NCBI GenBank assembly: GCA_964057225.1
Contig: OZ059900.1
Location: forward strand, 13,144,001-13,208,000
Origin: Auanema rhodensis
Lineage: Eukaryota; Animalia; Nematoda
Direction: 5' to 3'
Length of the DNA: 64,000 nucleotides
Below the pieces are notes generated by a model, which was given only the letters and a program-made list of their open reading frames with translations, was not told the DNA's origin and did not search any database. How positions within the stretch are numbered: the stretch's first letter is position 1; each line of letters starts with the position of its first letter. The position numbers and the translations under genes were made by a program. Positions 24,901-39,900 of this stretch are shown here, one piece after another.

Positions 24901-27900
24901 AAAGCACACCATGAGTGTGCAATATTGAAAACTGTCTGTCTTAGTATGATTATATGACACTATAGATGATTAAGCAATATGAATTTGATCATGAACATGA
25001 CGCGTCTTTTACATTATAGTTTGACAGGATAAAACTTTGTATAGCTTTGTATAGCTTTGTACACTGATCACATATACGGCGATAGGCTAGAACAGTTCAT
25101 AAGTTTCCTGAATAGATTTGGTTTAATTACCCAAGTTAGAGGTAGTATCTCAATCTAACCAGAGAACTTCTGAGTTGGAAATACATTTTGGAAAGCACAC
25201 CACGAGTGTGCAATATTGAAAACTGTCTGTCTTAGTATGATTATATAACACTACAGATGCTAAAGCAAAATGAATTTGAATATGAACATGACGCGTCTTT
25301 TACATTATAGTTTGACCGGATAAAGCTTTGTATAGCTTTGTATAGCTTTGTACACTGATCACATATACGGCGATAGGCTAGAACAGTTTATAAGTTTCCT
25401 GAATAGATTTGGTTTAATTACCCAAGTTAGAGGTAGTATCTCAATCTAACCAGAGGACTTCTGAGTTGGAAATACATTTTGGAAAGCACACCACGAGTGT
25501 GCAATATTGAAAACTGTCTGTCTTACTATGATTATATAACACTACAGATGCTAAAGCAAAATGAATTTGAATATGAACATGACGCGTCTTTTACATTATA
25601 GTTTGACCGGATAAAGCTTTGTATAGCTTTGTATAGCTTTGTACACTGATCACATATACGGCAATAGGCTAGAACAGTTCATAAGTTTCCTGAATAGATT
25701 TGGTTTAATTACCCAAGTTAGAGGTAGTATCTCAATCTAACCAGAGAACTTCTGAGTTGGAAATACATTTTGGAAAGCACACCACGAGTGTGCAATATTG
25801 AAAACTGTCTGTCTTACTATGATTATATAACACTACAGATGCTAAAGCAAAATGAATTTGAATATGAACATGAGGCGTCTTTTACATTATAGTTTGACCG
25901 GATAAAGCTTTGTATAGCTTTGTATAGCTTTGTACACTGATCACATATACGGCGATAGGCTAGAACAGTTTATAAGTTTCCTGAATAGATTTGGTTTAAT
26001 TACCCAAGTTAGAGGTAGTATCTCAATCTAACCAGAGAACTTCTGAGTTGGAAATACATTTTGGAAAGCACACCACGAGTGTGCAATATTGAAAACTGTC
26101 TGTCTTAGTATGATTATATAACACTATAGATGCCAAAGCAAAACAAATTTGAATATGAACATGACGCGTCTTTAACATTATAGTTTGACAGGATAAAACT
26201 TTGTATAGCTTTGTATAGCTTTGTACACTGATCACATATACGGCGATAGGCTAGAACAGTTCATAAGTTTCCTGAATAGATTTGGTTTAATTACCCAAGT
26301 TAGAGGTAGTATCTCTATCTAACCAGAGAACTTCTGAGTTGGAAATACATTTTGGAAAGCACACCATGAGTGTGCAATATTGAAAACTGTCTGTCTTAGT
26401 ATGATTATATGACACTATAGATGATTAAGCAATATGAATTTGATCATGAACATGACGCGTCTTTTACATTATAGTTTGACAGGATAAAACTTTGTATAGC
26501 TTTGTATAGCTTTGTACACTGATCACATATACGGCGATAGGCTAGAACAGTTCATAAGTTTCCTGAATAGATTTGGTTTAATTACCCAAGTTAGAGGTAG
26601 TATCTCAATCTAACCAGAGAACTTCTGAGTTGGAAATACATTTTGGAAAGCACACCATGAGTGTGCAATATTGAAAACTGTCTGTCTTAGTATGATTATA
26701 TGACACTATAGATGATTAAGCAATATGAATTTGATCATGAACATGACGCGTCTTTTACATTATAGTTTGACAGGATAAAACTTTGTATAGCTTTGTATAG
26801 CTTTGTACACTGATCACATATACGGCGATAGGCTAGAACAGTTCATAAGTTTCCTGAATAGATTTGGTTTAATTACCCAAGTTAGAGGTAGTATCTCAAT
26901 CTAACCAGAGAACTTCTGAGTTGGAAATACATTTTGGAAAGCACACCACGAGTGTGCAATATTGAAAACTGTCTGTCTTAGTATGATTATATAACACTAC
27001 AGATGCTAAAGCAAAATGAATTTGAATATGAACATGACGCGTCTTTTACATTATAGTTTGACCGGATAAAGCTTTGTATAGCTTTGTATAGCTTTGTACA
27101 CTGATCACATATACGGCGATAGGCTAGAACAGTTTATAAGTTTCCTGAATAGATTTGGTTTAATTACCCAAGTTAGAGGTAGTATCTCAATCTAACCAGA
27201 GGACTTCTGAGTTGGAAATACATTTTGGAAAGCACACCACGAGTGTGCAATATTGAAAACTGTCTGTCTTACTATGATTATATAACACTACAGATGCTAA
27301 AGCAAAATGAATTTGAATATGAACATGACGCGTCTTTTACATTATAGTTTGACCGGATAAAGCTTTGTATAGCTTTGTATAGCTTTGTACACTGATCACA
27401 TATACGGCAATAGGCTAGAACAGTTCATAAGTTTCCTGAATAGATTTGGTTTAATTACCCAAGTTAGAGGTAGTATCTCAATCTAACCAGAGAACTTCTG
27501 AGTTGGAAATACATTTTGGAAAGCACACCACGAGTGTGCAATATTGAAAACTGTCTGTCTTACTATGATTATATAACACTACAGATGCTAAAGCAAAATG
27601 AATTTGAATATGAACATGAGGCGTCTTTTACATTATAGTTTGACCGGATAAAGCTTTGTATAGCTTTGTATAGCTTTGTACACTGATCACATATACGGCG
27701 ATAGGCTAGAACAGTTTATAAGTTTCCTGAATAGATTTGGTTTAATTACCCAAGTTAGAGGTAGTATCTCAATATAACCAGAGAACTTCTGAGTTGGAAA
27801 TACATTTTGGAAAGCACACCATGAGTGTGCAATATTGAAAACTGTCTGTCTTAGTATGAGTATATGACATTATAGATGCCAAAGCAAAACAAATTTGAAT

Positions 27901-30900
27901 ATGAACATGACGCGTCTTTTACATTATAGTTTGACCGGATAAAGCTTTGTATAGCTTTGTATAGCTTTGTACACTGATCACATATACGGCGATAGGCTAG
28001 AACAGTTTATAAGTTTCCTGAATAGATTTGGTTTAATTACCCAAGTTAGAGGTAGTATCTCAATATAACCAGAGAACTTCTGAGTTGGAAATACATTTTG
28101 GAAAGCACACCATGAGTGTGCAATATTGAAAACTGTCTGTCTTACTATGATTATATAACACTACAGATGCTAAAGCAAAACAAATTTGAATATGAACATG
28201 ACGCGTCTTTTACATTATAGTTTGACCGGATAAAGCTTTGTATAGCTTTGTATAGCTTTGTACACTGATCACATATACGGCGATAGGCTAGAACAGTTTA
28301 TAAGTTTCCTGAATAGGTTTGGTTTAATTACCCAAGTTAGAGGTAGTATCTCAATATAACCAGAGAACTTCTGAGTTGGAAATACATTTTGGAAAGCACA
28401 CCATGAGTGTGCAATATTGAAAACTGTCTGTCTTAGTATGAGTATATGACACTATAGATGCCAAAGCAAAACAAATTTGAATATGAACATGACGCGTCTT
28501 TTACATTATAGTTTGACCGGATAAAGCTTTGTATAGCTTTGTATAGCTTTGTACACTGATCACATATACGGCGATATTCTAGAACAGTTTATAAGTTTCC
28601 TGAATAGATTTGGTTTATTTACCCAAGTTAGAGGTAGTATCTCAATCTAACCAGAGAACTTCTGAGTTGGAAATACATTTTGGAAAGCACACCACGAGTG
28701 TGCAATATTGAAAACTGTCTGTCTTAGTATGATTATATAACACTATAGATGCTAAAGCAAAACAAATTTGAATATGAACATGACGCGTCTTTAACATTAT
28801 AGTTTGACAGGATAAAACTTTGTATAGCTTTGTATAGCTTTGTATAGCTTTGTACACTGATCACATATACGGCGATAGGCTAGAACAGTTTATAAGTTTC
28901 CTGAATAGATTTGGTTTAATTACCCAAGTTAGAGGTAGTATCTCAATATAACCAGAGAACTTCTGAGTTGGAAATACATTTTGGAAAGCACACCACGAGT
29001 GTGCAATATTGAAAACTGTCTGTCTTAGTATGATTATATAACACTATAGATGCTAAAGCAAAACAAATTTGAATATGAACATGACGCGTCTTTTACATTA
29101 TAGTTTGACCGGATAAAGCTTTGTATAGCTTTGTATAGCTTTGTACACTGATCACATATACGGCGATAGGCTAGAACAGTTTATAAGTTTCCTGAATAGA
29201 TTTGGTTTAATTACCCAAGTTAGAGGTAGTATCTCAATATAACCAGAGAACTTCTGAGTTGGAAATACATTTTGGAAAGCACACCATGAGTGTGCAATAT
29301 TGAAAACTGTCTGTCTTAGTATGAGTATATGACATTATAGATGCCAAAGCAAAATAAATTTGAATATGAACATGACGCGTCTTTTACATTATAGTTTGAC
29401 CGGATAAAGCTTTGTATTGCTTTGTATAGCTTTGTACACTGATCACATATACGGCGATATTCTAGAACAGTTTATAAGTTTCCTGAATAGATTTGGTTTA
29501 TTTACCCAAGTTAGAGGTAGTATCTCAATCTAACCAGAGAACTTCTGAGTTGGAAATACATTTTGGAAAGCACACCACGAGTGTGCAATATTGAAAACTG
29601 TCTGTCTTAGTATGATTATATAACACTATAGATGCTAAAGCAAAACAAATTTGAATATGAACATGACGCGTCTTTAACATTATAGTTTGACAGGATAAAA
29701 CTTTGTATAGCTTTGTATAGCTTTGTACACTGATCACATATACGGCGATAGGCTAGAACAGTTCATAAGTTTCCTGAATAGATTTGGTTTAATTACCCAA
29801 GTTAGAGGTAGTATCTCTATCTAACCAGAGAACTTCTGAGTTGGAAATACATTTTGGAAAGCACACCATGAGTGTGCAATATTGAAAACTGTCTGTCTTA
29901 GTATGATTATATAACACTATAGATGCCAAAGCAAAACAAATTTGAATATGAACATGACGCGTCTTTAACATTATAGTTTGACAGGATAAAACTTTGTATA
30001 GCTTTGTATAGCTTTGTACACTGATCACATATACGGCGATAGGCTAGAACAGTTCATAAGTTTCCTGAATAGATTTGGTTTAATTACCCAAGTTAGAGGT
30101 AGTATCTCTATCTAACCAGAGAACTTCTGAGTTGGAAATACATTTTGGAAAGCACACCATGAGTGTGCAATATTGAAAACTGTCTGTCTTAGTATGATTA
30201 TATGACACTATAGATGATTAAGCAATATGAATTTGATCATGAACATGACGCGTCTTTTACATTATAGTTTGACAGGATAAAACTTTGTATAGCTTTGTAT
30301 AGCTTTGTACACTGATCACATATACGGCGATAGGCTAGAACAGTTCATAAGTTTCCTGAATAGATTTGGTTTAATTACCCAAGTTAGAGGTAGTATCTCA
30401 ATCTAACCAGAGAACTTCTGAGTTGGAAATACATTTTGGAAAGCACACCATGAGTGTGCAATATTGAAAACTGTCTGTCTTAGTATGATTATATGACACT
30501 ATAGATGCTAAAGCAAAACAAATTTGAATATGAACATGACGCGTCTTTAACATTATAGTTTGACAGGATAAAACTTTGTATAGCTTTGTATAGCTTTGTA
30601 CACTGATCACATATACGGCGATAGGCTAGAACAGTTCATAAGTTTCCTGAATAGATTTGGTTTAATTACCCAAGTTAGAGGTAGTATCTCTATCTAACCA
30701 GAGAACTTCTGAGTTGGAAATACATTTTGGAAAGCACACCATGAGTGTGCAATATTGAAAACTGTCTGTCTTAGTATGATTATATAACACTATAGATGCC
30801 AAAGCAAAACAAATTTGAATATGAACATGACGCGTCTTTAACATTATAGTTTGACAGGATAAAACTTTGTATAGCTTTGTATAGCTTTGTACACTGATCA

Positions 30901-33900
30901 CATATACGGCGATAGGCTAGAACAGTTCATAAGTTTCCTGAATAGATTTGGTTTAATTACCCAAGTTAGAGGTAGTATCTCTATCTAACCAGAGAACTTC
31001 TGAGTTGGAAATACATTTTGGAAAGCACACCATGAGTGTGCAATATTGAAAACTGTCTGTCTTAGTATGATTATATAACACTATAGATGCCAAAGCAAAA
31101 CAAATTTGAATATGAACATGACGCGTCTTTAACATTATAGTTTGACAGGATAAAACTTTGTATAGCTTTTTATAGCTTTGTACACTGATCACATATACGG
31201 CGATAGGCTAGAACAGTTCATAAGTTTCCTGAATAGATTTGGTTTAATTACCCAAGTTAGAGGTAGTATCTCTATCTAACCAGAGAACTTCTGAGTTGGT
31301 AATACATTTTGGAAAGCACACCATGAGTGTGCAATATTGAAAACTGTCTGTCTTAGTATGATTATATGACACTATAGATGATTAAGCAATATGAATTTGA
31401 TCATGAACATGACGCGTCTTTTACATTATAGTTTGACCGGATAAAGCTTTGTATAGCTTTGTATAGCTTTGTACACTGATCACATATACGGCGATAGGCT
31501 AGAACAGTTTATAAGTTTCCTGAATAGATTTGGTTTAATTACCCAAGTTAGAGGTAGTATCTCAATCTAACCAGAGGACTTCTGAGTTGGAAATACATTT
31601 TGGAAAGCACACCACGAGTGTGCAATATTGAAAACTGTCTGTCTTACTATGATTATATAACACTACAGATGCTAAAGCAAAATGAATTTGAATATGAACA
31701 TGACGCGTCTTTTACATTATAGTTTGACCGGATAAAGCTTTGTATAGCTTTGTATAGCTTTGTACACTGATCACATATACGGCGATAGGCTAGAACAGTT
31801 CATAAGTTTCCTGAATAGATTTGGTTTAATTACCCAAGTTAGAGGTAGTATCTCAATCTAACCAGAGAACTTCTGAGTTGGAAATACATTTTGGAAAGCA
31901 CACCACGAGTGTGCAATATTGAAAACTGTCTGTCTTACTATGATTATATAACACTACAGATGCTAAAGCAAAATGAATTTGAATATGAACATGAGGCGTC
32001 TTTTACATTATAGTTTGACCGGATAAAGCTTTGTATAGCTTTGTATAGCTTTGTACACTGATCACATATACGGCGATAGGCTAGAACAGTTTATAAGTTT
32101 CCTGAATAGATTTGGTTTAATTACCCAAGTTAGAGGTAGTATCTCAATCTAACCAGAGAACTTCTGAGTTGGAAATACATTTTGGAAAGCACACCATGAG
32201 TGTGCAATATTGAAAACTGTCTGTCTTAGTATGATTATATGACACTATAGATGATTAAGCAATATGAATTTGATCATGAACATGACGCGTCTTTTACATT
32301 ATAGTTTGACAGGATAAAACTTTGTATAGCTTTGTATAGCTTTGTACACTGATCACATATACGGCGATAGGCTAGAACAGTTTATAAGTTTCCTGAATAG
32401 ATTTGGTTTAATTACCCAAGTTAGAGGTAGTATCTCAATATAACCAGAGAACTTCTGAGTTGGAAATACATTTTGGAAAGCACACCACGAGTGTGCAATA
32501 TTGAAAACTGTCTGTCTTAGTATGAGTATATGACATTATAGATGCCAAAGCAAAACAAATTTGAATATGAACATGACGCGTCTTTTACATTATAGTTTGA
32601 CCGGATAAAGCTTTGTATAGCTTTGTATAGCTTTGTACACTGATCACATATACGGCGATAGGCTAGAACAGTTTATAAGTTTCCTGAATAGATTTGGTTT
32701 ATTTACCCAAGTTAGAGGTAGTATCTCAATCTAACCAGAGAACTTCTGAGTTGGAAATACATTTTGGAAAGCACACCACGAGTGTGCAATATTGAAAACT
32801 GTCTGTCTTAGTATGATTATATAACACTATAGATGCTAAAGCAAAACAAATTTGAATATGAACATGACGCGTCTTTAACATTATAGTTTGACAGGATAAA
32901 ACTTTGTATAGCTTTGTATAGCTTTGTACACTGATCACATATACGGCGATAGGCTAGAACAGTTCATAAGTTTCCTGAATAGATTTGGTTTAATTACCCA
33001 AGTTAGAGGTAGTATCTCTATCTAACCAGAGAACTTCTGAGTTGGAAATACATTTTGGAAAGCACACCATGAGTGTGCAATATTGAAAACTGTCTGTCTT
33101 AGTATGATTATATAACACTATAGATGCCAAAGCAAAACAAATTTGAATATGAACATGACGCGTCTTTAACATTATAGTTTGACAGGATAAAACTTTGTAT
33201 AGCTTTGTATAGCTTTGTACACTGATCACATATACGGCGATAGGCTAGAACAGTTCATAAGTTTCCTGAATAGATTTGGTTTAATTACCCAAGTTAGAGG
33301 TAGTATCTCTATCTAACCAGAGAACTTCTGAGTTGGAAATACATTTTGGAAAGCACACCATGAGTGTGCAATATTGAAAACTGTCTGTCTTAGTATGATT
33401 ATATGACACTAAAGATGATTAAGCAATATGAATTTGATCATGAACATGACGCGTCTTTTACATTATAGTTTGACAGGATAAAACTTTGTATAGCTTTGTA
33501 TAGCTTTGTACACTGATCACATATACGGCGATAGGCTAGAACAGTTCATAAGTTTCCTGAATAGATTTGGTTTAATTACCCAAGTTAGAGGTATTATCTC
33601 AATCTAACCAGAGAACTTCTGAGTTGGAAATACATTTTGGAAAGCACACCATGAGTGTGCAATATTGAAAACTGTCTGTCTTAGTATGATTATATGACAC
33701 TATAGATGCTAAAGCAAAACAAATTTGAATATGAACATGACGCGTCTTTAACATTATAGTTTGACCGGATAAAGCTTTGTATAGCTTTGTATAGCTTTGT
33801 ACACTGATCACATATACGGCGATAGGCTAGAACAGTTCATAAGTTTCCTGAATAGATTTGGTTTAATTACCCAAGTTAGAGGTATTATCTCAATCTAACC
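15862..33900 (-). repeat. Mixed-class domain with a variable ~6-mer higher-order repeat (B, C and TTAA-variant monomers)
   Basis: The CAGAGGAC marker lies at 16957, 18713 and 20479 (1756 and 1766 bp) and at 25456/27202 (1746 = 6x291). It travels with GGCAATAGG and ATGAGGCGTC in a fixed order. Confidence 0.8.
22500..25140 (-). repeat. Run of 9 nearly identical class-B 291-bp monomers
   Basis: GATTAAGCAATATG recurs every 291 bp from ~22640 to ~24968. One private SNP is visible at 23820. Confidence 0.88.
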
Positions 33901-36900
33901 AGAGAACTTCTGAGTTGGAAATACATTTTGGAAAGCACACCATGAGTGTGCAATATTGAAAACTGTCTGTCTTAGTATGATTATATGACACTATAGATGC
34001 CAAAGAAAAACAAATTTGAATATAAACATGACGCGTCTTTTACATTATAGTTTGACCGGATAAAGCTTTGTATAGCTTTGTATAGCTTTGTACACTGATC
34101 ACATATACGGCGATAGGCTAGAACAGTTTATAAGTTTCCTGAATAGATTTGGTTTAATTACCCAAGTTAGAGGTAGTATCTCAATCTAACCAGTGAACTT
34201 CTGAAATGGAAATACATTTTGGAAAGCACACCACGAGTGTGCAATATTGAAAACTGTCTGTCTTAGTATGATTATATAACACTACAGATGCTAAAGCAAA
34301 ATGAATTTGAATATGAACATGACGCGTCTTTTACATTATAGTTTGACCGGATAAAGCTTTGTATAGCTTTGTATAGCTTTGTACACTGATCACATATACG
34401 GCGATAGGCTAGAACAGTTTATAAGTTTCCTGAATAGATTTGGTTTAATTACCCAAGTTAGAGGTAGTATCTCAATCTAACCAGAGAACTTCTGAGTTGG
34501 AAATACATTTTGGAAAGCACACCATGAGTGTGCAATATTGAAAACTGTCTGTCTTAGTATGATTATATGACACTATAGATGCCAAAGCAAAACAAATTTG
34601 AATATGAACATGACGCGTCTTTTACATTATAGTTTGACTTGTTAAAGCTTTGTATAGCTTTGTACACTGATCACATATACGGCGAGAGGCTAGAACAGTT
34701 TATAAGTTTCCTGAATAGATTTGGTTTAATTACCCAAGTTAGAGGTAGTATCTCAATCTAACCAGAGAACTTGTGAGTTGGAAATACATTTTGGAAAGCA
34801 CACCATGAGTGTGCAATATTGAAAACTGTCTGTCTTAGTATGATTATATCACACTATAGATGCCAAAGCAAAACAAATTTGAATATGAACATGACGCGTC
34901 TTTTACATTATAGTTTGACCCGATAAAGCTTTGTATAGCTTTGTACACTGATCACATATACGGCGAGAGGCTAGAACAGTTTATAAGTTTCCTGAATAGA
35001 TTTGGTGTAATTACCCAAGTTAGAGGTAGTATCTCAATCTAACCAGAGAACTTGTGAGTTGGAAATACATTTTGGAAAGCACACCATGAGTGTGCAATAT
35101 TGAAAACTGTCTGTCTTAGTATGATTATATCACACTATAGATGCCAAAGCAAAACAAATTTGAATATGAACATGACGCGTCTTTTACATTATAGTTTGAC
35201 CCGATAAAGCTTTGTATAGCTTTGTACACTGATCACATATACGGCGAGAGGCTAGAACAGTTTATAAGTTTCCTGAATAGATTTGGTGTAATTACCCAAG
35301 TTAGAGGTAGTATCTCAATCTAACCAGAGAACTTCTGAGTTGGAAATACATTTTGGAAAGCACACCATGAGTGTGCAATATTGAAAACTGTCTGTCTTAG
35401 TATGATTATATGACACTATAGATGCCAAAGCAAAACAAATTTGAATATGAACATGACGCGTATTTTACATTATAGTTTGACAGGCTAAAACTTTGTATAG
35501 CTTTGTATAGCTTTGTACACTGATCACATATACGGCGATAGGCTAGAACAGTTCATAAGTTTCCTGAATAGATTTGGTTTAATTACCCAAGTTAGAGGTA
35601 GTATCTCAATCTAACCAGAGAACTTCTGAGTTGGAAATACATTTTGGAAAGCACACCACGAGTGTGCAATATTGAAAACTGTCTGTCTTACTATGATTAT
35701 ATAACACTACAGATGCTAAAGCAAAATGAATTTGAATATGAACATGACGCGTCTTTTACATTATAGTTTGACCGGATAAAGCTTTGTATAGCTTTGTATA
35801 GCTTTGTACACTGATCACATATACGGCGATAGGCTAGAACAGTTTATAAGTTTCCTGAATAGATTTGGTTTAATTACCCAAGTTAGAGGTATTATCTCAA
35901 TCTAACCAGAGAACTTCTGAGTTGGAAATACATTTTGGAAAGCACACCATGAGTGTGCAATATTGAAAACTGTCTGTCTTAGTATGATTATATCACATTA
36001 TAGATGCCAAAGCAAAACAAATTTGAATATGAACATGACGCGTCTTTTACATTATAGTTTGACCCGATAAAGCTTTGTATAGCTTTGTACACTGGTCACA
36101 TATACGGCGAGAGGCTAGAACAGTTTATAAGTTTCCTGAATAGATTTGGTGTAATTACCCAAGTTAGAGGTAGTATCTCAATCTAACCAGAGAACTTCTG
36201 AGTTGGAAATACATTTTGGAAAGCACACCATGAGTGTGCAATATTGAAAACTGTCTGTCTTAGTATGATTATATGACACTATAAATGATTAAGCAATATG
36301 AATTTGATCATGAACATGACGCGTCTTTTACATTATAGTTTGACCGGATAAAGCTTTGTATAGCTTTGTATAGCTTTGTACACTGATCACATATACGGCG
36401 ATAGGCTAGAACAGTTCATAAGTTTCCTGAATAGATTTGGTTTAATTACCCAAGTTAGAGGTAGTATCTCAATCTAACCAGAGAACTTCTGAGTTAGAAA
36501 TACATTTTGGAAAGCACACCACGAGTGTGCAATATTGAAAACTGTCTGTCTTAGTATGATTATATAACACTACAGATGCTAAAGCAAAATGAATTTGAAT
36601 ATGAACATGACGCGTCTTTTACATTATAGTTTGACCCGATAAAGCTTTGTATAGCTTTGTACACTGATCACATATACGGCGATAGGCTAGAACAGTTTAT
36701 AAGTTTCCTTAATAGATTTGGTTTAATTACCCAAGTTAGAGGTAGTATCTCAATCTAACCAGAGAACTTCTGAGTTGGAAATACATTTTGGAAAGCACAC
36801 CATGAGTGTGCAATATTGAAAACTGTCTGTCTTAGTATGATTATATGACACTATAAATGATTAAGCAATATGAATTTGATCATGAACATGACGCGTCTTT

Positions 36901-39900
36901 TACATTATAGTTTGACCGGATAAAGCTTTGTATAGCTTTGTATAGCTTTGTACACTGATCACATATACGGCGATAGGCTAGAACAGTTCATAAGTTTCCT
37001 GAATAGATTTGGTTTAATTACCCAAGTTAGAGGTAGTATCTCAATCTAACAAGAGAACTTCTGAGTTGGAAATACATTTTGGAAAGCACACCATGAGTGT
37101 GCAATATTGAAAACTGTCTGTCTTAGTATGATTATATGACACTATAAATGATTAAGCAATATGAATTTGATCATGAACATGACGCGTCTTTTACATTATA
37201 GTTTGACCGGATAAAGCTTTGTATAGCTTTGTATAGCTTTGTACACTGATCACATATACGGCGATAGGCTAGAACAGTTCATAAGTTTCCTGAATAGATT
37301 TGGTTTAATTACCCAAGTTAGAGGTAGTATCTCAATCTAACCAGAGAACTTCTGAGTTAGAAATACATTTTGGAAAGCACACCACGAGTGTGCAATATTG
37401 AAAACTGTCTGTCTTAGTATGATTATATAACACTACAGATGCTAAAGCAAAATGAATTTGAATATGAACATGACGCGTCTTTTACATTATAGTTTGACCC
37501 GATAAAGCTTTGTATAGCTTTGTACACTGATCACATATACGGCGATAGGCTAGAACAGTTTATAAGTTTCCTGAATAGATTTGGTTTAATTACCCAAGTT
37601 AGAGGTAGTATCTCAATCTAACCAGAGAACTTCTGAGTTGGAAATACATTTTGGAAAGCACACCATGAGTGTGCAATATTGAAAACTGTCTGTCTTAGTA
37701 TGATTATATGACACTATAGATGCCAAAGCAAAATGAATTTGAATATGAACATGACGCGTCTTTTACATTATAGTTTGACCGGATAAAGCTTTGTATAGCT
37801 TTGTATAGCTTTGTACACTGATCACATATACGGCGATAGGCTAGAACAGTTTATAAGTTTCCTGAATAGATTTGGTTTAATTACCCAAGTTAGAGGTAGT
37901 ATCTCAATCTAACCAGAGAACTTCTGAGTTGGAAATACATTTTGGAAAGCACACCATGAGTGTGCAATATTGAAAACTGTCTGTCTTAGTATGATTATAT
38001 GACACTATAGATGCCAAAGCAAAACAAATTTGAATATGAACATGACGCGTCTTTTACATTATAGTTTGACCCGATAAAGCTTTGTATAGCTTTGTACACT
38101 GGTCACATATACGGCGAGAGGCTAGAACAGTTTATAAGTTTCCTGAATAGATTTGGTTTAATTACCCAAGTTAGAGGTAGTATCTCAATCTAACCAGAGA
38201 ACTTCTGAAATGGAAATACATTTTGGAAAGCACACCACGAGTGTGCAATATTGAAAACTGTCTGTCTTAGTATGATTATATGACACTATAGATGCCAAAG
38301 CAAAACAAATTTGAATATGAACATGACGCGTCTTTTACATTATAGTTTGACCGGATAAAGCTTTGTATAGCTTTGTATAGCTTTGTACACTGATCACATA
38401 TACGGCGATAGGCTAGAACAGTTTATAAGTTTCCTGAATAGATTTGGTTTAATTACCCAAGTTAGAGGTAGTATCTCAATCTAACCAGAGGACTTCTGAG
38501 TTGGAAATACATTTTGGAAAGCACACCACGAGTGTGCAATATTGAAAACTGTCTGTCTTACTATGATTATATAACACTACAGATGCTAAAGCAAAATGAA
38601 TTTGAATATGAACATGACGCGTCTTTTACATTATAGTTTGACCGGATAAAGCTTTGTATAGCTTTGTATAGCTTTGTACACTGATCACATATACGGCGAT
38701 AGGCTAGAACAGTTTATAAGTTTCCTGAATAGATTTGGTTTAATTACCCAAGTTAGAGGTATTATCTCAATCTAACCAGAGAACTTCTGAGTTGGAAATA
38801 CATTTTGGAAAGCACACCATGAGTGTGCAATATTGAAAACTGTCTGTCTTAGTATGATTATAGGACACTATAGATGCCAAAGCAAAACAAATTTGAATAT
38901 GAACATGACGCGTCTTTTACATTATAGTTTGACTTGTTAAAGCTTTGTATAGCTTTGTACACTGATCACATATACGGCGAGAGGCTAGAACAGTTTATAA
39001 GTTTCCTGAATAGATTTGGTTTAATTACCCAAGTTAGAGGTAGTATCTCAATCTAACCAGAGAACTTCTGAGTTGGAAATACATTTTGGAAAGCACACCA
39101 TGAGTGTGCAATATTGAAAACTGTCTGTCTTAGTATGATTATACGACACTATAAATGATTAAGCAATATGAATTTGATCATGAACATGACGCGTCTTTTA
39201 CATTATAGTTTGACAGGATAAAACTTTGTATAGCTTTGTATAGCTTTGTACACTGATCACATATACGGCGATAGGCTAGAACAGTTCATAAGTTTCCTGA
39301 ATAGATTTGGTTTAATTACCCAAGTTAGAGGTAGTATCTCAATCTAACCAGAGAACTTCTGAGTTGGAAATACATTTTGGAAAGCACACCATGAGTGTGC
39401 AATATTGAAAACTGTCTGTCTTAGTATGATTATATAACACTACAGATGCTAAAGCAAAATGAATTTGAATATGAACATGACGCGTCTTTTACATTATAGT
39501 TTGACCGGATAAAGCTTTGTATAGCTTTGTAAAGCTTTGTACACTGATCACATATACGGCGAGAGGCTAGAACAGTTTATAAGTTTCCTGAATAGATTTG
39601 GTTTAATTACCCAAGTTAGAGGTATTATCTCAATCTAACCAGAGAACTTCTGAAATGGAAATACATTTTGGAAAGCACACCACGAGTGTGCAATATTGAA
39701 AACTGTCTGTCTTAGTATGATTATATGACACTATAGATGCCAAAGCAAAACAAATTTGAATATGAACATGACGCGTCTTTTACATTATAGTTTGACTTGT
39801 TAAAGCTTTGTATAGCTTTGTACACTGATCACATATACGGCGAGAGGCTAGAACAGTTTATAAGTTTCCTGAATAGATTTGGTTTAATTACCCAAGTTAG

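Noticed and set aside
6388-33811. Eighteen 70-79 aa ORFs (MISVQSYTKLYK... / MYKAIQSYTKLYK...)
   Set aside because: They appear only in monomers where one SNP (ATGTAA>ATGTTA) removes a stop and a GTG start is in frame. Over 90% of monomers lack them, and there is no recognisable domain or gene context. They are repeat artefacts.
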